Source of the DNA: a virus
Taxonomy: Duplodnaviria; Caudoviricetes
Strand: one strand, 5' to 3'
Virus record (IMG/VR): IMGVR_UViG_3300035183_001457
Coordinates: 1-50,455 of that record
Length of the DNA: 50,455 nucleotides
Shown here: positions 26,070 through 35,934 of the stretch, piece after piece
Layout: every line of letters starts with the position of its first letter
Position numbering within the stretch: position 1 is the first letter of the stretch
Program-made: the position numbers and the translations under genes
Notes under the pieces: model-generated
Told to the model about the DNA's origin: nothing
The model's database searches: none
What the model saw: only the letters and a program-made list of their open reading frames with translations

Positions 26070-26491
26070 GTGAGGAGGGCGCCGTGGATATGATTGCTGT
26101 CGCAGGCCTCGTCCTCTCGGTGCTCGTCGCGATCGGTTCCCTCGTCGCGTGGCTCATCGGCGACGCGCGCTCGCGCGGCCGCGACGACGCGCTGCTCGCC
26201 GAGGTCACCGACCTCAAGAAGGAGAAGGGCGCCATGGCCGCTGTCGCCACGCTGGCCGCCGTTCAGCAGACGCAGGCGCAGACCCTCGCCTCCCTGCAGG
26301 TCGAGCTTGCCAAGAGCCAGCAGGACCGCGCTTCGATCCACGCGGAGATCGCGCGCGTGGACAACCAGAAGGCGAGCCGCGAGGCGGTCGATGGCTTCCG
26401 CGCTGCCATCGTTGACATGAAGGCCGAAATGGACCGGCGCTTCGATCGCCTCGATGACAAGCTCGAGGCGCGCGTGAAGGACGACACGTGA
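26066..26491 (+). CDS. N-terminal TM plus coiled-coil protein (holin- or i-spanin-like)
   Basis: One TM then heptad-rich helix; coupled to the endolysin gene. Confidence 0.55.
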   Translation: MSEEGAVDMIAVAGLVLSVLVAIGSLVAWLIGDARSRGRDDALLAEVTDLKKEKGAMAAVATLAAVQQTQAQTLASLQVELAKSQQDRASIHAEIARVDNQKASREAVDGFRAAIVDMKAEMDRRFDRLDDKLEARVKDDT

Positions 26492-27099
26492 CGATCCAGA
26501 TCGCCGATCGAGTCGACCACGCCGGGGGCGCCTCGCGCCTCCGCATGGCGCGCAAGCTCACGAAGCACATCATCCTCCACCGGACCGTCGGCCTCGATGC
26601 GAACGGCGACGGCGTCGTGAACGCCGACGACGTGATCCGGTTCTTCACCCGCGACCCGGAGGGCATCGCCACCGTCGCGCTCGGTGGCACGTACGCGTCG
26701 AAGCTCCCGACGATCGCCCGGTGGCGCGCGTCGGGCGTGCCTGCGGCGTACCAGCAGCGCGGCTTCGTGCCGTACCATTTCCTCGTCGACCTCGAGGGCA
26801 ATGTCACGAAGTGCCTCGACGAACACGCCCACGGCGCGCACGCGAGCGCGCTGAACGACCGCAGCGTGGCGATCGCCTTCATTGGCGACTTCCGGGTCGA
26901 GGCTCCATCGAGCGCCATGCTGAAGGCCGGCACGGCGGTCGCTGCGATGCTCCTGCGGCAGTTCGGCGTCAGCGTGTCGATCTTCGACCACGACCACGCG
27001 AACGCGATCCAGAAGCTCCCGGCGAAGGGCTGCATCGGTCGCATGTTCCCGATCTCCGCGTTCATCCACGACGCGGTCGCGAAGGCCGCCGAAGGCTGA
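26488..27099 (+). CDS. Endolysin, N-acetylmuramoyl-L-alanine amidase (Amidase_2 / T7 lysozyme-like)
   Basis: IILHRT, YHFLV, GAHA...N.RSVAIAFIGDF, DHD, KGC zinc-ligand pattern. Confidence 0.88.
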   Translation: MTIQIADRVDHAGGASRLRMARKLTKHIILHRTVGLDANGDGVVNADDVIRFFTRDPEGIATVALGGTYASKLPTIARWRASGVPAAYQQRGFVPYHFLVDLEGNVTKCLDEHAHGAHASALNDRSVAIAFIGDFRVEAPSSAMLKAGTAVAAMLLRQFGVSVSIFDHDHANAIQKLPAKGCIGRMFPISAFIHDAVAKAAEG

Positions 27100-27138
27100 G
27101 ACGGCACAGCTAGGCTGAGGCACCACCGGAGGCGCCTC

Positions 27139-27426
27139 ATGCTCGACCCGCAGAAGATCCTCGACACCTTTCTCGCCAACCTCCCAACGATCATCTTCGT
27201 GTTCGGCGCTCTCGGCCTCTGGCGCGCGCTCGCAGCCATCGGCCGAAAGCTGTTCGGCGACGTCGAGAAGGCGGCCGCCAAGACCGAGACGAAGCTCGAC
27301 GACGTCGTCGTGGCCGCGGTGAAGCCGAACGTCGAGCACCTGCTCGACCTGATCGAGCGTGGCGACACCAAGGCCGTCCAGACCAAGGCCGGCGAGGTGC
27401 GCGCGCTCCTGAAGAAGAAAGCCTGA
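27139..27426 (+). CDS. Putative holin (95 aa)
   Basis: One TM, TETKLDD motif, basic C-terminus; follows the endolysin. Confidence 0.6.
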   Translation: MLDPQKILDTFLANLPTIIFVFGALGLWRALAAIGRKLFGDVEKAAAKTETKLDDVVVAAVKPNVEHLLDLIERGDTKAVQTKAGEVRALLKKKA

Positions 27427-27444
27427 GCGTCGGAGGAGGTCGGG

Positions 27445-28356
27445 ATGCCGCTGAACACGACCGAGCAGCAGATCATCAAGGGCACGACGGGCACGCTCGT
27501 CTCGTACCCGCCTCCTCCGCTCGCGGGTCCGCCGTCCGCGGTGACGGTGCGCCTCAACACGCCCAACCAGCAGATGCCGGCCGCCGGCGTGTCGGCGACC
27601 GCCGATGCGGTAAGCCAGACGACCACTGGCACCACGTCGCGCGGCGCCACGTCGATCGCGCTCTCTGGCGCGGCCACGTTCGTCGCCGGCCGGAAGTACC
27701 TGCTCACCGACGCCACCACGGGCGAGCGCGTCGTGGTGGAGGCACAGAAGAGCGGCTCGTCCTCGACGCTGTACCTCGCGGCTCCTCTGGACATGGACCT
27801 TGCGTCCGGCAGCGCGGTGCAAGGCTTCGCGGTCACGTACCCGATCGACACGACGCAGAGCGCGACCGAGGGACGCGGCGTCGCCATCTGGGAGGCCACC
27901 GTCGGCGGCGTCACCGTGCGCTGGCGTCAGGACCTCCGCATCGTGCTCGCGTACGCCGCTCCGCAGCTGCAGGCGAGCGACATCGCCATGCTCTCGCCCT
28001 ACTCGGTGCGCCTGAAGCCGCCCGACGATAAGTCGTGGGGCGACACGCTCGACTCCGTGTGGCGGCTCGAGGTCGTCCCGATGCTCATGGCGAAGGGCAT
28101 CAAGCCGGAGCGGATCGTGTCGTGGGAGCCGGTGAACGCGCTCTACATCGCCGCGCTCGAGTCGTTCCTCGCCGAGAACTACGAGACCGAGCCGGAGAAG
28201 GCCGAGGCGAAGGCGAAGCGGTACGCGACGAAGCAGGCGCTCACCTTTGCGAACGTGCGCCTCTGGTACGACGAGTCCGACGACCTCGGGCGGCCCGGCG
28301 AGTCCACCGAGGACGCGGCCGCGCGCGGATTCGACGTCTCCTTCGCCTCGAGGTGA
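27445..28356 (+). CDS. Putative head-tail adaptor with N-terminal beta domain (303 aa)
   Basis: Beta-rich N-terminus, helical C-terminus with KAKRY...; first gene of the tail module. Confidence 0.5.
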   Translation: MPLNTTEQQIIKGTTGTLVSYPPPPLAGPPSAVTVRLNTPNQQMPAAGVSATADAVSQTTTGTTSRGATSIALSGAATFVAGRKYLLTDATTGERVVVEAQKSGSSSTLYLAAPLDMDLASGSAVQGFAVTYPIDTTQSATEGRGVAIWEATVGGVTVRWRQDLRIVLAYAAPQLQASDIAMLSPYSVRLKPPDDKSWGDTLDSVWRLEVVPMLMAKGIKPERIVSWEPVNALYIAALESFLAENYETEPEKAEAKAKRYATKQALTFANVRLWYDESDDLGRPGESTEDAAARGFDVSFASR

Positions 28357-28359
28357 TCG

Positions 28360-28818
28360 GTGAGCTACGTGACCGCGAAAGCGCAGCTGGTGAGCATCGC
28401 CGAGGGAACGACGCTCTCGGCGCCGGGCATGCTCGGCCTCGGAGACAAACTCGTCCGCCGGAAGGACCAAGGCCCGCGCTCCACGGCTCGTGTTGGGCGC
28501 TCCTTCCACTTCTGGTCCGCGGCCGGCACGCACCACGGCTACTACAACCGGCGCGACGCGCTGCAGCCTGAGGCGATGCACGAGGTGGAGTTCGTGGTGT
28601 TCTACCCGGAGGCCGCCGACGTGGACCTCCTCGACACGATCATGGAGTCGGACCGCCTCGACGTCTCCAAGCGGTTCCTCGATCCCTCGCTGTGGGATCC
28701 ATCGACCTCGCGCATCATCAACACGGCGCATCCGGGCGACGCCCTCCTGCCGTACCGGCGGAACGTCGTCGCAGGCGGATACGAACTCGCGATCGTCCTG
28801 CTGCTGCATCACCGTTGA
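28360..28818 (+). CDS. Putative tail terminator/completion protein (152 aa)
   Basis: Size and position directly before the major tail protein. Confidence 0.5.
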   Translation: MSYVTAKAQLVSIAEGTTLSAPGMLGLGDKLVRRKDQGPRSTARVGRSFHFWSAAGTHHGYYNRRDALQPEAMHEVEFVVFYPEAADVDLLDTIMESDRLDVSKRFLDPSLWDPSTSRIINTAHPGDALLPYRRNVVAGGYELAIVLLLHHR

Positions 28819-28830
28819 GGAGGCCTTCCA

Positions 28831-30087
28831 ATGACCGGCGTGAACCGAATCCTGACCCTGCAGTACGGCAAGCACGCGAACGTCGCCGACGTGTCGACGG
28901 CGCCGGTCACGTTCCGCAACGTCGACCTGCTCGAGGGAGACTTCCTGCCGCGCACCGCGGACGCCATCGAGCGGCCGCTCGCGAGCACCGACGGGCGTCG
29001 CTTCCCCGCGACCGTGGGCAAGAAGCTCCTCGACCCGCTCCCGTGCTCGCTGCGTCTGCGCGGCTTCAACGGCAACAGCGGCGGAGCGATCACTGCGGCC
29101 AACATCGCCGCCGGCCTCGACACCAGCGACATGTTCGACTCGCTGTTCGGCGCCGACGTCGCCGCCATCGTGGGCGCCGCTCCGACGGTCGCCGGTGGCG
29201 CGAGCCCGAACCTCACGGCGTCGTCCGGCGTGATCGCGAACGGCGACATGGTCGTCTTCCAGACGTCGACGGGCACGTTCGCTCGCGAGGTGGTCTCCGG
29301 TGGCGGCACCGCCAACCTCGTCCTCGACCGCGCGTACACCGGGACGCCCGTGGCCGCCTCGACCATCTTCCGGGCGCCGGGTCGCTGGAATTGGTCGACG
29401 TCGATCACCGCGCACAAGCACCTCGGCTTCAGGGCCGAGGGGCAGGATTGGCGCGTCGACTACCTCGGCTGCATGGCCGATGGCTTCGAGATCGACTTCA
29501 AGGAGGGCGAGGCGCTCAAGCTCTCCTCGTCGTGGATGCCGACGGACTGGTCGCAGGCCACGGAGGCGAACCCGTCCTACTCGGCGCCGGGCGCCGGCAA
29601 CGAGATCGTCGCGCTCAACGTCGGCTTCTACATCGGCGACGCCGAATTCCTCGCGAAGGACCTGAAGCTGAGCGCGAAGCTCGGGACCATCCCGCGCCCG
29701 TGCGCGAACGGCCCGAACGGCGTCTACGGCTACCTGTGCCCGGACAAGACGGGCGTGTCGATCACCGGCGGCCTCTACGTCGGCGACAACCCGTCCTCGC
29801 TCGGTGAGCTGCAGTACGCTGCCGGATCGCCGAGCGCGCGCGACCTGCAGCACGGGTCCTCGAGCGGCGTGTACGTGCCCGGCACGTTCAAGCAGACCCG
29901 CGACATCGCGATCGAGATCGCCTCGGTGATCTCGGCGGCCGCGGTCGGCCCGTCGGTGTACCTGCGCGCGCCGGCCGCGGACTTCCGCGGGCGCCTCGTG
30001 GACGAGGGCGGCCTGCTCGTGTTCCGGTTCGAGGCGTTCTGCACGGCGCCGGCGACGGGCGGAGCGATGCGTCTCGGCATCTTCTGA
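28831..30087 (+). CDS. Major tail tube protein (418 aa)
   Basis: YLGCMADGFEIDFKEGEALKLS tube-like motif; precedes chaperone and tape measure genes; no sheath gene seen. Confidence 0.75.
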   Translation: MTGVNRILTLQYGKHANVADVSTAPVTFRNVDLLEGDFLPRTADAIERPLASTDGRRFPATVGKKLLDPLPCSLRLRGFNGNSGGAITAANIAAGLDTSDMFDSLFGADVAAIVGAAPTVAGGASPNLTASSGVIANGDMVVFQTSTGTFAREVVSGGGTANLVLDRAYTGTPVAASTIFRAPGRWNWSTSITAHKHLGFRAEGQDWRVDYLGCMADGFEIDFKEGEALKLSSSWMPTDWSQATEANPSYSAPGAGNEIVALNVGFYIGDAEFLAKDLKLSAKLGTIPRPCANGPNGVYGYLCPDKTGVSITGGLYVGDNPSSLGELQYAAGSPSARDLQHGSSSGVYVPGTFKQTRDIAIEIASVISAAAVGPSVYLRAPAADFRGRLVDEGGLLVFRFEAFCTAPATGGAMRLGIF

Positions 30088-30150
30088 GCGGCTGTCGTGC
30101 CGCTGTATTGAGGCTAGGATGGAACGGGCCGCTCCACGCGGCTCGTTCCT

Positions 30151-30852
30151 TTGGAGGCTCGGGTGAACTTTACCCTCATGTACGCCGGGCAGACGACGCC
30201 GGAAGTCTCGCTGGCCGAGTGCATCTTGCAAATGACCGCGATGGCGCGGGAGGCGCGCGCGAAGCGCGAGCAGCAGCTGAAGGCCACGGGCATCACCGAT
30301 CCAGACGTCGACTGGACCTCGGTGCGCGCCGGCCTCGATGAGGCAAACGAGGCGTGGAAGAAGTCGGACGCGGCCAAGCTCCGCGAGCGGCTGCGTGCGG
30401 TGCACGACCGTCTCCCGATCCCATCCGACGAAATCAAGGCGCCGGACCTCGAGATGATGACCTCCATCGCCTCAATCCGCATCGTCCTCGTCGCCATGAG
30501 CGAACTCGAGAAGCGCAAACTCGACTCGCGCATGGCGACCCTCGTCCTCGACGCGCAGCGTCTCTTCAAGGTGGAAGAGGAGAAGCGCGACCTCGAGGCC
30601 ATCGCCGCGGTCGACGCGGCGCTCTACGACGCGCAGCGCGACTACGTGCGCCTGAGCCTCAAGCGCATCAGCGGCGTCACCGTGCGCCGCGACGGGCAGC
30701 TGCTCGAGGCCATCGAGCCCGTCGACTCGCTCGCCGTCGACGCTCTCAACCGCGCCGGCGTGTTCGGCTTGTTCTTCAACGTCGCGCAGCACTTCCAGAG
30801 CTTGTCCCCGGAAAAAGCCGAGCGCTTTGGGCTTTCAGCGCAGTCGACCTGA
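30151..30852 (+). CDS. Tail assembly chaperone (gpG-like); start uncertain (30151, 30163 or 30178)
   Basis: Between tube and tape measure genes; G GAA AAA near the 3' end. Confidence 0.65.
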   Translation: MEARVNFTLMYAGQTTPEVSLAECILQMTAMAREARAKREQQLKATGITDPDVDWTSVRAGLDEANEAWKKSDAAKLRERLRAVHDRLPIPSDEIKAPDLEMMTSIASIRIVLVAMSELEKRKLDSRMATLVLDAQRLFKVEEEKRDLEAIAAVDAALYDAQRDYVRLSLKRISGVTVRRDGQLLEAIEPVDSLAVDALNRAGVFGLFFNVAQHFQSLSPEKAERFGLSAQST

Positions 30853-31211
30853 CGAACCCCCCGTTCGACTGCTTGCGGTGCCCAGAGCGCATGAAGCCGC
30901 TCCTCGGCTGTTGGGGAAACGCGAGGATGCTTAAGCCGCATTTTGACGGGACGGCCTACGAGACGCGCACGTGTCCGCGGCGCCACTACGAGGCCAACCC
31001 AGACCTCTGGCCGCTCGTGAAGCTCTACCGGAGTACCGAGGGCAAGCTGGACGTCGATGGCATGCGGACGTTTTCCGCCGTCGCGGCAGAGGCCTTGGGC
31101 ATCATCGACTCCGCGCTCGCGTATCGCCTCAAGGACGAGGCGAAGCAGCAGGCGAGGGAGGCCGCGAGGCGGCCACCTCCTGCTGATGCGAAGCGCGGAG
31201 GCCGAGGATGA
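30810..31211 (+). CDS. -1 frameshift extension of the tail chaperone (gpGT-like)
   Basis: The -1 frame is open from the slippery site to 31211 (..RALWAFSAVDLTNPPFDCLRC...GC...TCP..) and overlaps the tape measure start. Confidence 0.6.
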   Translation, partial: GKSRALWAFSAVDLTNPPFDCLRCPERMKPLLGCWGNARMLKPHFDGTAYETRTCPRRHYEANPDLWPLVKLYRSTEGKLDVDGMRTFSAVAAEALGIIDSALAYRLKDEAKQQAREAARRPPPADAKRGGRG

Positions 31212-32830
31212 GCAACACCGAGAAGTCCACGTTCATCATTGACGTCGACGGCAGGCCCGGTGCTCGTGGCCTCGACGAGGTGCGCGGCAAAGCGAACAGC
31301 CTCGGTGGCGGCGTCGAGAAGCTGAAGGGCGGCCTCGACAAGTTCGACGGCGCCATGCGCGAGACGCAGAAGGTCATGGGCGGCCTCGGCGCCGTCATGG
31401 GCGGAACGAAGGGCAAGGCCGTCGAGCTTCTCGGGACGGCGGCCGATCTCGGTGGCGCCTTCGCGGCCGGTGGTGGGCTCTACCTCGGGATCATGGCGAC
31501 GACGTTCGTGATCACGAAGATGGCTGAGGCCTACGCGGAGTCGCAGGCGAACGCGCGCGTCTTCGCCGACGCGCTCCCGGCCATCGCCACGGCGATCACG
31601 AACATGCGCACCGCGGCGCTCGAGCCCGGCAAGAAGGCTCTCGAGGACCTGTCGAACCAGCTGCGCGACTTCGGGAAGGACTCGAGGCAGATCGCGATCG
31701 ACTCCGCGCAGTTTGCGCTCGAGGCGCAGGAGCGCGCGAACGAGACGCTCACGCGCAACCGCTACAAGGCTCTGCAGCGCCTCGACGCGGCGAAGTACCG
31801 CGGCGAGGGCGACGTCGAGACGGCGCAGGCCATCGTCGACAGCATCAACCAGCGCCTCGAGAGCGGCAAGGTGAATGCCGAGGGTCTGCGCGCGCAGGTC
31901 GATGGCATCACGCGCAAGGCTCTCGAGCTGGATGCGCTCGAGGACGCGCGCGACAAAAAGACGAAGTCGATCGCGAACGCGGCGAAGGACCAGCAGAAGT
32001 CCTACGAGATGGCGGCTTGGGCCGCCGATCGCCTGCTCGAGAAGGAGATCGCTCTCGGGAACCTCGCGCAGAAGCCGACGAACCTGATCTCCAAGACCAT
32101 GACCGCGGCGCGCGACGCGAACCGCGCACGCCTCGGCATCAGCGACGGCGCGGACTTCAACGACGGCAAGACCGGGACGGCCACGTCGCTGTCGCTCGCC
32201 GGCAACGCCGTCGACGACCAGACCGCGAAGTGGCAGCGCCTCGGTGAGGCGATCGCCTTGGCGAAGATGCAGGTGAAGGACTTCTCCAAGTCCATGATGA
32301 CCGACCTCGCCTCGGGGGCGTTCACCGCGCTCGTCGGCAGCATGAGCAACTTCTTCAGCATGCTCGCCGCGCACGAGGAGCACGCGTTCGAGAAGTCCGC
32401 CGCGATGTTCCTGTCGTCGGTGGGCCAGCAGATCATCGGCCTCGGCACGCGCGCGGTGATCGAGGGCATGATCATCAACGCCACGCCCGGCACCTTCGGC
32501 GCCGGCCTCCCGCTCATGGGCATCGGCGCCGCGGCGATCGCCGTGGGCATGGGCATGAGCGCCGGTGGTGCCGCGCTGAGCGCCTCCATCGCCCCGCGCG
32601 CTACGGCGCCCACGACGGCGACATCGGGCACCATGTCCGATCCTACGCAGCGACGGCGCGACGGGCTCGACAACGGCGTCGGGCAGGTCGTGTTCCAGTT
32701 CAACTACGGGATCGGCGGCCCGAACCCGCAGGACACCGCCGCCGCCGTCGCCACGAGCTACCAGCGCGCGACCGCTCGCGGCTTCGGCACGACGACGAAC
32801 ACGGCGGTCCGCACGACCCGAGGGAGGTGA
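31208..32830 (+). CDS. Tape measure protein (540 aa)
   Basis: Ala/Gly-rich helical protein with hydrophobic segments; canonical position. Confidence 0.8.
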   Translation: MSNTEKSTFIIDVDGRPGARGLDEVRGKANSLGGGVEKLKGGLDKFDGAMRETQKVMGGLGAVMGGTKGKAVELLGTAADLGGAFAAGGGLYLGIMATTFVITKMAEAYAESQANARVFADALPAIATAITNMRTAALEPGKKALEDLSNQLRDFGKDSRQIAIDSAQFALEAQERANETLTRNRYKALQRLDAAKYRGEGDVETAQAIVDSINQRLESGKVNAEGLRAQVDGITRKALELDALEDARDKKTKSIANAAKDQQKSYEMAAWAADRLLEKEIALGNLAQKPTNLISKTMTAARDANRARLGISDGADFNDGKTGTATSLSLAGNAVDDQTAKWQRLGEAIALAKMQVKDFSKSMMTDLASGAFTALVGSMSNFFSMLAAHEEHAFEKSAAMFLSSVGQQIIGLGTRAVIEGMIINATPGTFGAGLPLMGIGAAAIAVGMGMSAGGAALSASIAPRATAPTTATSGTMSDPTQRRRDGLDNGVGQVVFQFNYGIGGPNPQDTAAAVATSYQRATARGFGTTTNTAVRTTRGR

Positions 32831-32833
32831 TCG

Positions 32834-33652
32834 ATGTCGAAGCACGCTGCGCTCCTCGGAGCGATTGTCATCACGACCGCGAACAACACGATCAAGATGG
32901 TCGAGAACGCGACGACGCAAAACGTCACGATCGCGCCGGGCACGTACTATCTCCGAAACGACGGTACCGCAGACGACTTCGGCCCGGCGCTCGTCACCGC
33001 GCTCAACTCGAACGCGAACGCGGTCAACCCGAATACGTACTCCACGAACATCTCGTACCTCATCTCCCCATCCGGGCAGACCGCCAGCTTTCAGATCACC
33101 TCGACGGCAGCGTCCGCGTACCAGCTTCAGTTTGCCGATCCTGCGACGACGTTCGATGCCACGTTGCTCGGATTCCCGCAGACGAACACGGCTCTCAACG
33201 CCCTACCTAAGACGGGATCGCTTTCGCCTTCTGCGTTGTGGGTGAGCCCGGACGTGTTCGCGTTCAGCGAGCCTGTCGACGAGTACGATGTCGCCATCCA
33301 GCGCGCACGCAGCGGTCGCGTGTACGGTCTCCGAAAGGGCGGACCATACGACGTCCGCCTCCTGTCATTCATGAACCTCGACTCAAGGCGCGTCCTCGAT
33401 TGGGACAACACGTCCGACCCGAATGCGACGATCATGAGGTTTCTACAGCGCCATGGGAACGGGCTGAAGTTCGAGCTTCACGCCGTGACCGCGTCGAACG
33501 GCGTCGTCCTCGATCCATTGTCGTCGTCGACTAGGGTCGGGACCGCTTGGCACTTCGCGCAGGAAGCCTCTGAGCGGTTCGCTCCGCAGCGCATCAACGC
33601 CGGCATCGCGCTCTACTCCTTCGACCTCAAGCTCCATGGGTACGTTGCATGA
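32834..33652 (+). CDS. Distal tail-like protein (272 aa)
   Basis: Position after tape measure; beta-rich. Confidence 0.5.
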   Translation: MSKHAALLGAIVITTANNTIKMVENATTQNVTIAPGTYYLRNDGTADDFGPALVTALNSNANAVNPNTYSTNISYLISPSGQTASFQITSTAASAYQLQFADPATTFDATLLGFPQTNTALNALPKTGSLSPSALWVSPDVFAFSEPVDEYDVAIQRARSGRVYGLRKGGPYDVRLLSFMNLDSRRVLDWDNTSDPNATIMRFLQRHGNGLKFELHAVTASNGVVLDPLSSSTRVGTAWHFAQEASERFAPQRINAGIALYSFDLKLHGYVA

Positions 33653-35934
33653 CGACGACCTACGCGCTCAAGCTCGCCTCCGCCGACGTCGGTCACGATC
33701 ACCGGCTCTACGTCACGATCGAGGGCATCAGCAACGTCTTTCAGGACGACGACGTCGACGTCCCGACGGCACTCGTGGCCGCGACGTACACGCGCTGCAA
33801 GTGCCTCACGAGCGTCGCCGTGGACGAGCGATCGCTCGACGCCCTGAAGCGCAGGCAGATCGGCGGAGGCATCACGATCCGGCTCGTCGAGGACGACAGC
33901 GGAACGCTGCGCACGCTGTTCTCTCCGCGGCGCCGGCGCGTTGCGTACGTGAGCGCTGCGCACACGTCGGCCGATGTGACGATCAACATGTCGACGAACT
34001 CGGCGCTGCCGAGCGCTGGCAACATCTACGTCGGCGGCGAGACCATCGCGTACACCGCGCTCGGCGTGAACACGATCACCGGCTGCACGCGCGGCGCGTT
34101 CGGCTCGCGCGCGGCGGCGCTGTTCGGGTCGTCGGAGAACGGGCAGGCGATCTACACGCAGCCCCCGTCGTGGGTGGGCCGCAAGGTGACGCTCGGCGGG
34201 TACTTCCTGAACGACGACGGCTCCGCTCCGACGAGCGCGGCCATGGGCGCCGTGCTCGGCACGTTCGAGATCGCCTCACCTCCGCAGTACGTCGGAAACG
34301 GCATCTGGGAGATCGCCTGCGTCGATCGCATTGACGGGATCCTGTCGCGCGGCCTCTACGTGGCGATGCAGTCGATCGAGTCGTTCTCCTCGCCGATCGT
34401 CAACCTCTCCTCGACGGGCGCATCGGCGAACGCCGGCGGTCTGCAGGGTAGCATCTATGTGATGGACTCGGAGGTCTACAAGGTGTCGTCGCCGACGGTG
34501 CCGTCGGCCGGCGACTACAGCTACCTGCTCCTCGAGCACACGAAGGAGAAGGGCTGGTGGCAGATCGTGAGGATCGACAGCTTCGGGTCCAGCAGCGGCA
34601 CGTACAACGCGGTCATCAACGTCCGCGACGACGACCTGTGCACGAAGCAGCCGCCGAAGGACGAGAACGGTCGACGCCCTCCGTACACGTTCAAGAGCGC
34701 TCGCCTCGTCTCGTTCCTCAAGGGGGAGTCCGACCGCGTGCTGTTCAAGCTGCTGACGTCGATCTACGGCGACGCGAGCAACGGAGCCGACGACGTGCTG
34801 CGCGGAGCGAAACGCGTCGACTACGACGGCGTCGACTGGCGCCTCGGTGCCGGCATCCCGCGATCGGACCTCGACACCACGGCGTTCTCGTCGATCGGAA
34901 ACTCGAGCGAGTGGTGGTGGTTTCTCCATGAGCCGACGACCGCCGAGGAGGTGCTCCGCGAGTGGTGCCTCACGAACGACGCTTACATCTTCACGAAGCC
35001 GGACGGCACGCTTTCGGCCAAGTCGCTGGCCGACGTGTCGGCGAGCGTGCTCACGATCGACGATGGCATGATCGTCGGCGACGTGAAGGTGTCCTACGAC
35101 GAGCAGAACGTGTTCCCGCACGTGATCCTCAAGGCCACGTACAACCGAGCCTCGGAGAAGTTCGAGGGCGCGATCGAGGTGCACGACGCCGAACTCGCCG
35201 AGCGATACCCGAACCGCGACGAGACGCTCACGATCGAAAGCAAGTCGACGAGGCTCATCTACACCGGCACCTTCGGCACGCAGCTGATCTGCGCGCCGTG
35301 CGTGAACGTGACGTCGCTGCAGCGGCGCCTGCGCCGGTTCCAGATCGAGGAGGGAGCGCGCGCCGCCGGCATCGTTTCGTTCCGCGGGACCCTCGCGTGC
35401 GCGCGGCTGAACATCGGCGACGTCGTCACGCTCACATGCTCCGAGGCGCCGAACCTCGAGGGCGGAACGCTGTCGTCGCAGCGCTGCCGAGTGGTGTCGG
35501 TGAAGCCGATCTACGACGATGGGCTCGTCGAGCTTCGCGTGCAGATGCTCGCCAAGCCGCGCCTCATCAGCCCCGCCGGCCTGATCACCAACGTCGCCGG
35601 CAACGTGGTCACGCTCTCGACGACATCGCCGGAGGCGCCCGTCGACGGCAACCCCGGATTCTGCTTCGGGCCGAACGTGAACGTGAAGCTCTGGGACATC
35701 AGCGCGAACACGTTCGTCAGGTACACGGTCACCGCGGTCACTGGATCGACCGTGACGCTCTCCGGCGCCCCCGCCGGCGTTGCGCTCAACGAGGACATCC
35801 TCACGCTCGACGACTTCGCAGCGGTGACGGACCTCGACGTCACGAACCACGGCTACACTCCCAACACGGACTTTATCCGCATGCTCGCCGACGCGACCGA
35901 GCTGAGCGGCGACAACGAATCGAGGTGGCGCTAA
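33649..35934 (+). CDS. Tail tip / hub protein (761 aa)
   Basis: GETIAY...TGCTRGAFGS and LNIGDVVTL motifs typical of tail hub proteins. Confidence 0.65.
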   Translation: MTTTYALKLASADVGHDHRLYVTIEGISNVFQDDDVDVPTALVAATYTRCKCLTSVAVDERSLDALKRRQIGGGITIRLVEDDSGTLRTLFSPRRRRVAYVSAAHTSADVTINMSTNSALPSAGNIYVGGETIAYTALGVNTITGCTRGAFGSRAAALFGSSENGQAIYTQPPSWVGRKVTLGGYFLNDDGSAPTSAAMGAVLGTFEIASPPQYVGNGIWEIACVDRIDGILSRGLYVAMQSIESFSSPIVNLSSTGASANAGGLQGSIYVMDSEVYKVSSPTVPSAGDYSYLLLEHTKEKGWWQIVRIDSFGSSSGTYNAVINVRDDDLCTKQPPKDENGRRPPYTFKSARLVSFLKGESDRVLFKLLTSIYGDASNGADDVLRGAKRVDYDGVDWRLGAGIPRSDLDTTAFSSIGNSSEWWWFLHEPTTAEEVLREWCLTNDAYIFTKPDGTLSAKSLADVSASVLTIDDGMIVGDVKVSYDEQNVFPHVILKATYNRASEKFEGAIEVHDAELAERYPNRDETLTIESKSTRLIYTGTFGTQLICAPCVNVTSLQRRLRRFQIEEGARAAGIVSFRGTLACARLNIGDVVTLTCSEAPNLEGGTLSSQRCRVVSVKPIYDDGLVELRVQMLAKPRLISPAGLITNVAGNVVTLSTTSPEAPVDGNPGFCFGPNVNVKLWDISANTFVRYTVTAVTGSTVTLSGAPAGVALNEDILTLDDFAAVTDLDVTNHGYTPNTDFIRMLADATELSGDNESRWR

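Noticed and set aside
26263-30405. 1380-aa minus-strand ORF and other long antisense ORFs (13947-16721, 17074-18960, 31025-32920, 871-2379, 1715-3730, 41985-43187)
   Set aside because: Shadow frames of real genes in high-GC DNA; Arg/Ala/Gly-rich, no motifs, fully overlapping well-supported genes on the other strand.
34962-35933. N-terminal extensions given by the ORF track (34962, 41920-43116, 12259, 13848, 25017, 7406)
   Set aside because: They overlap upstream genes in another frame; coupled starts or RBS-supported starts lie downstream.
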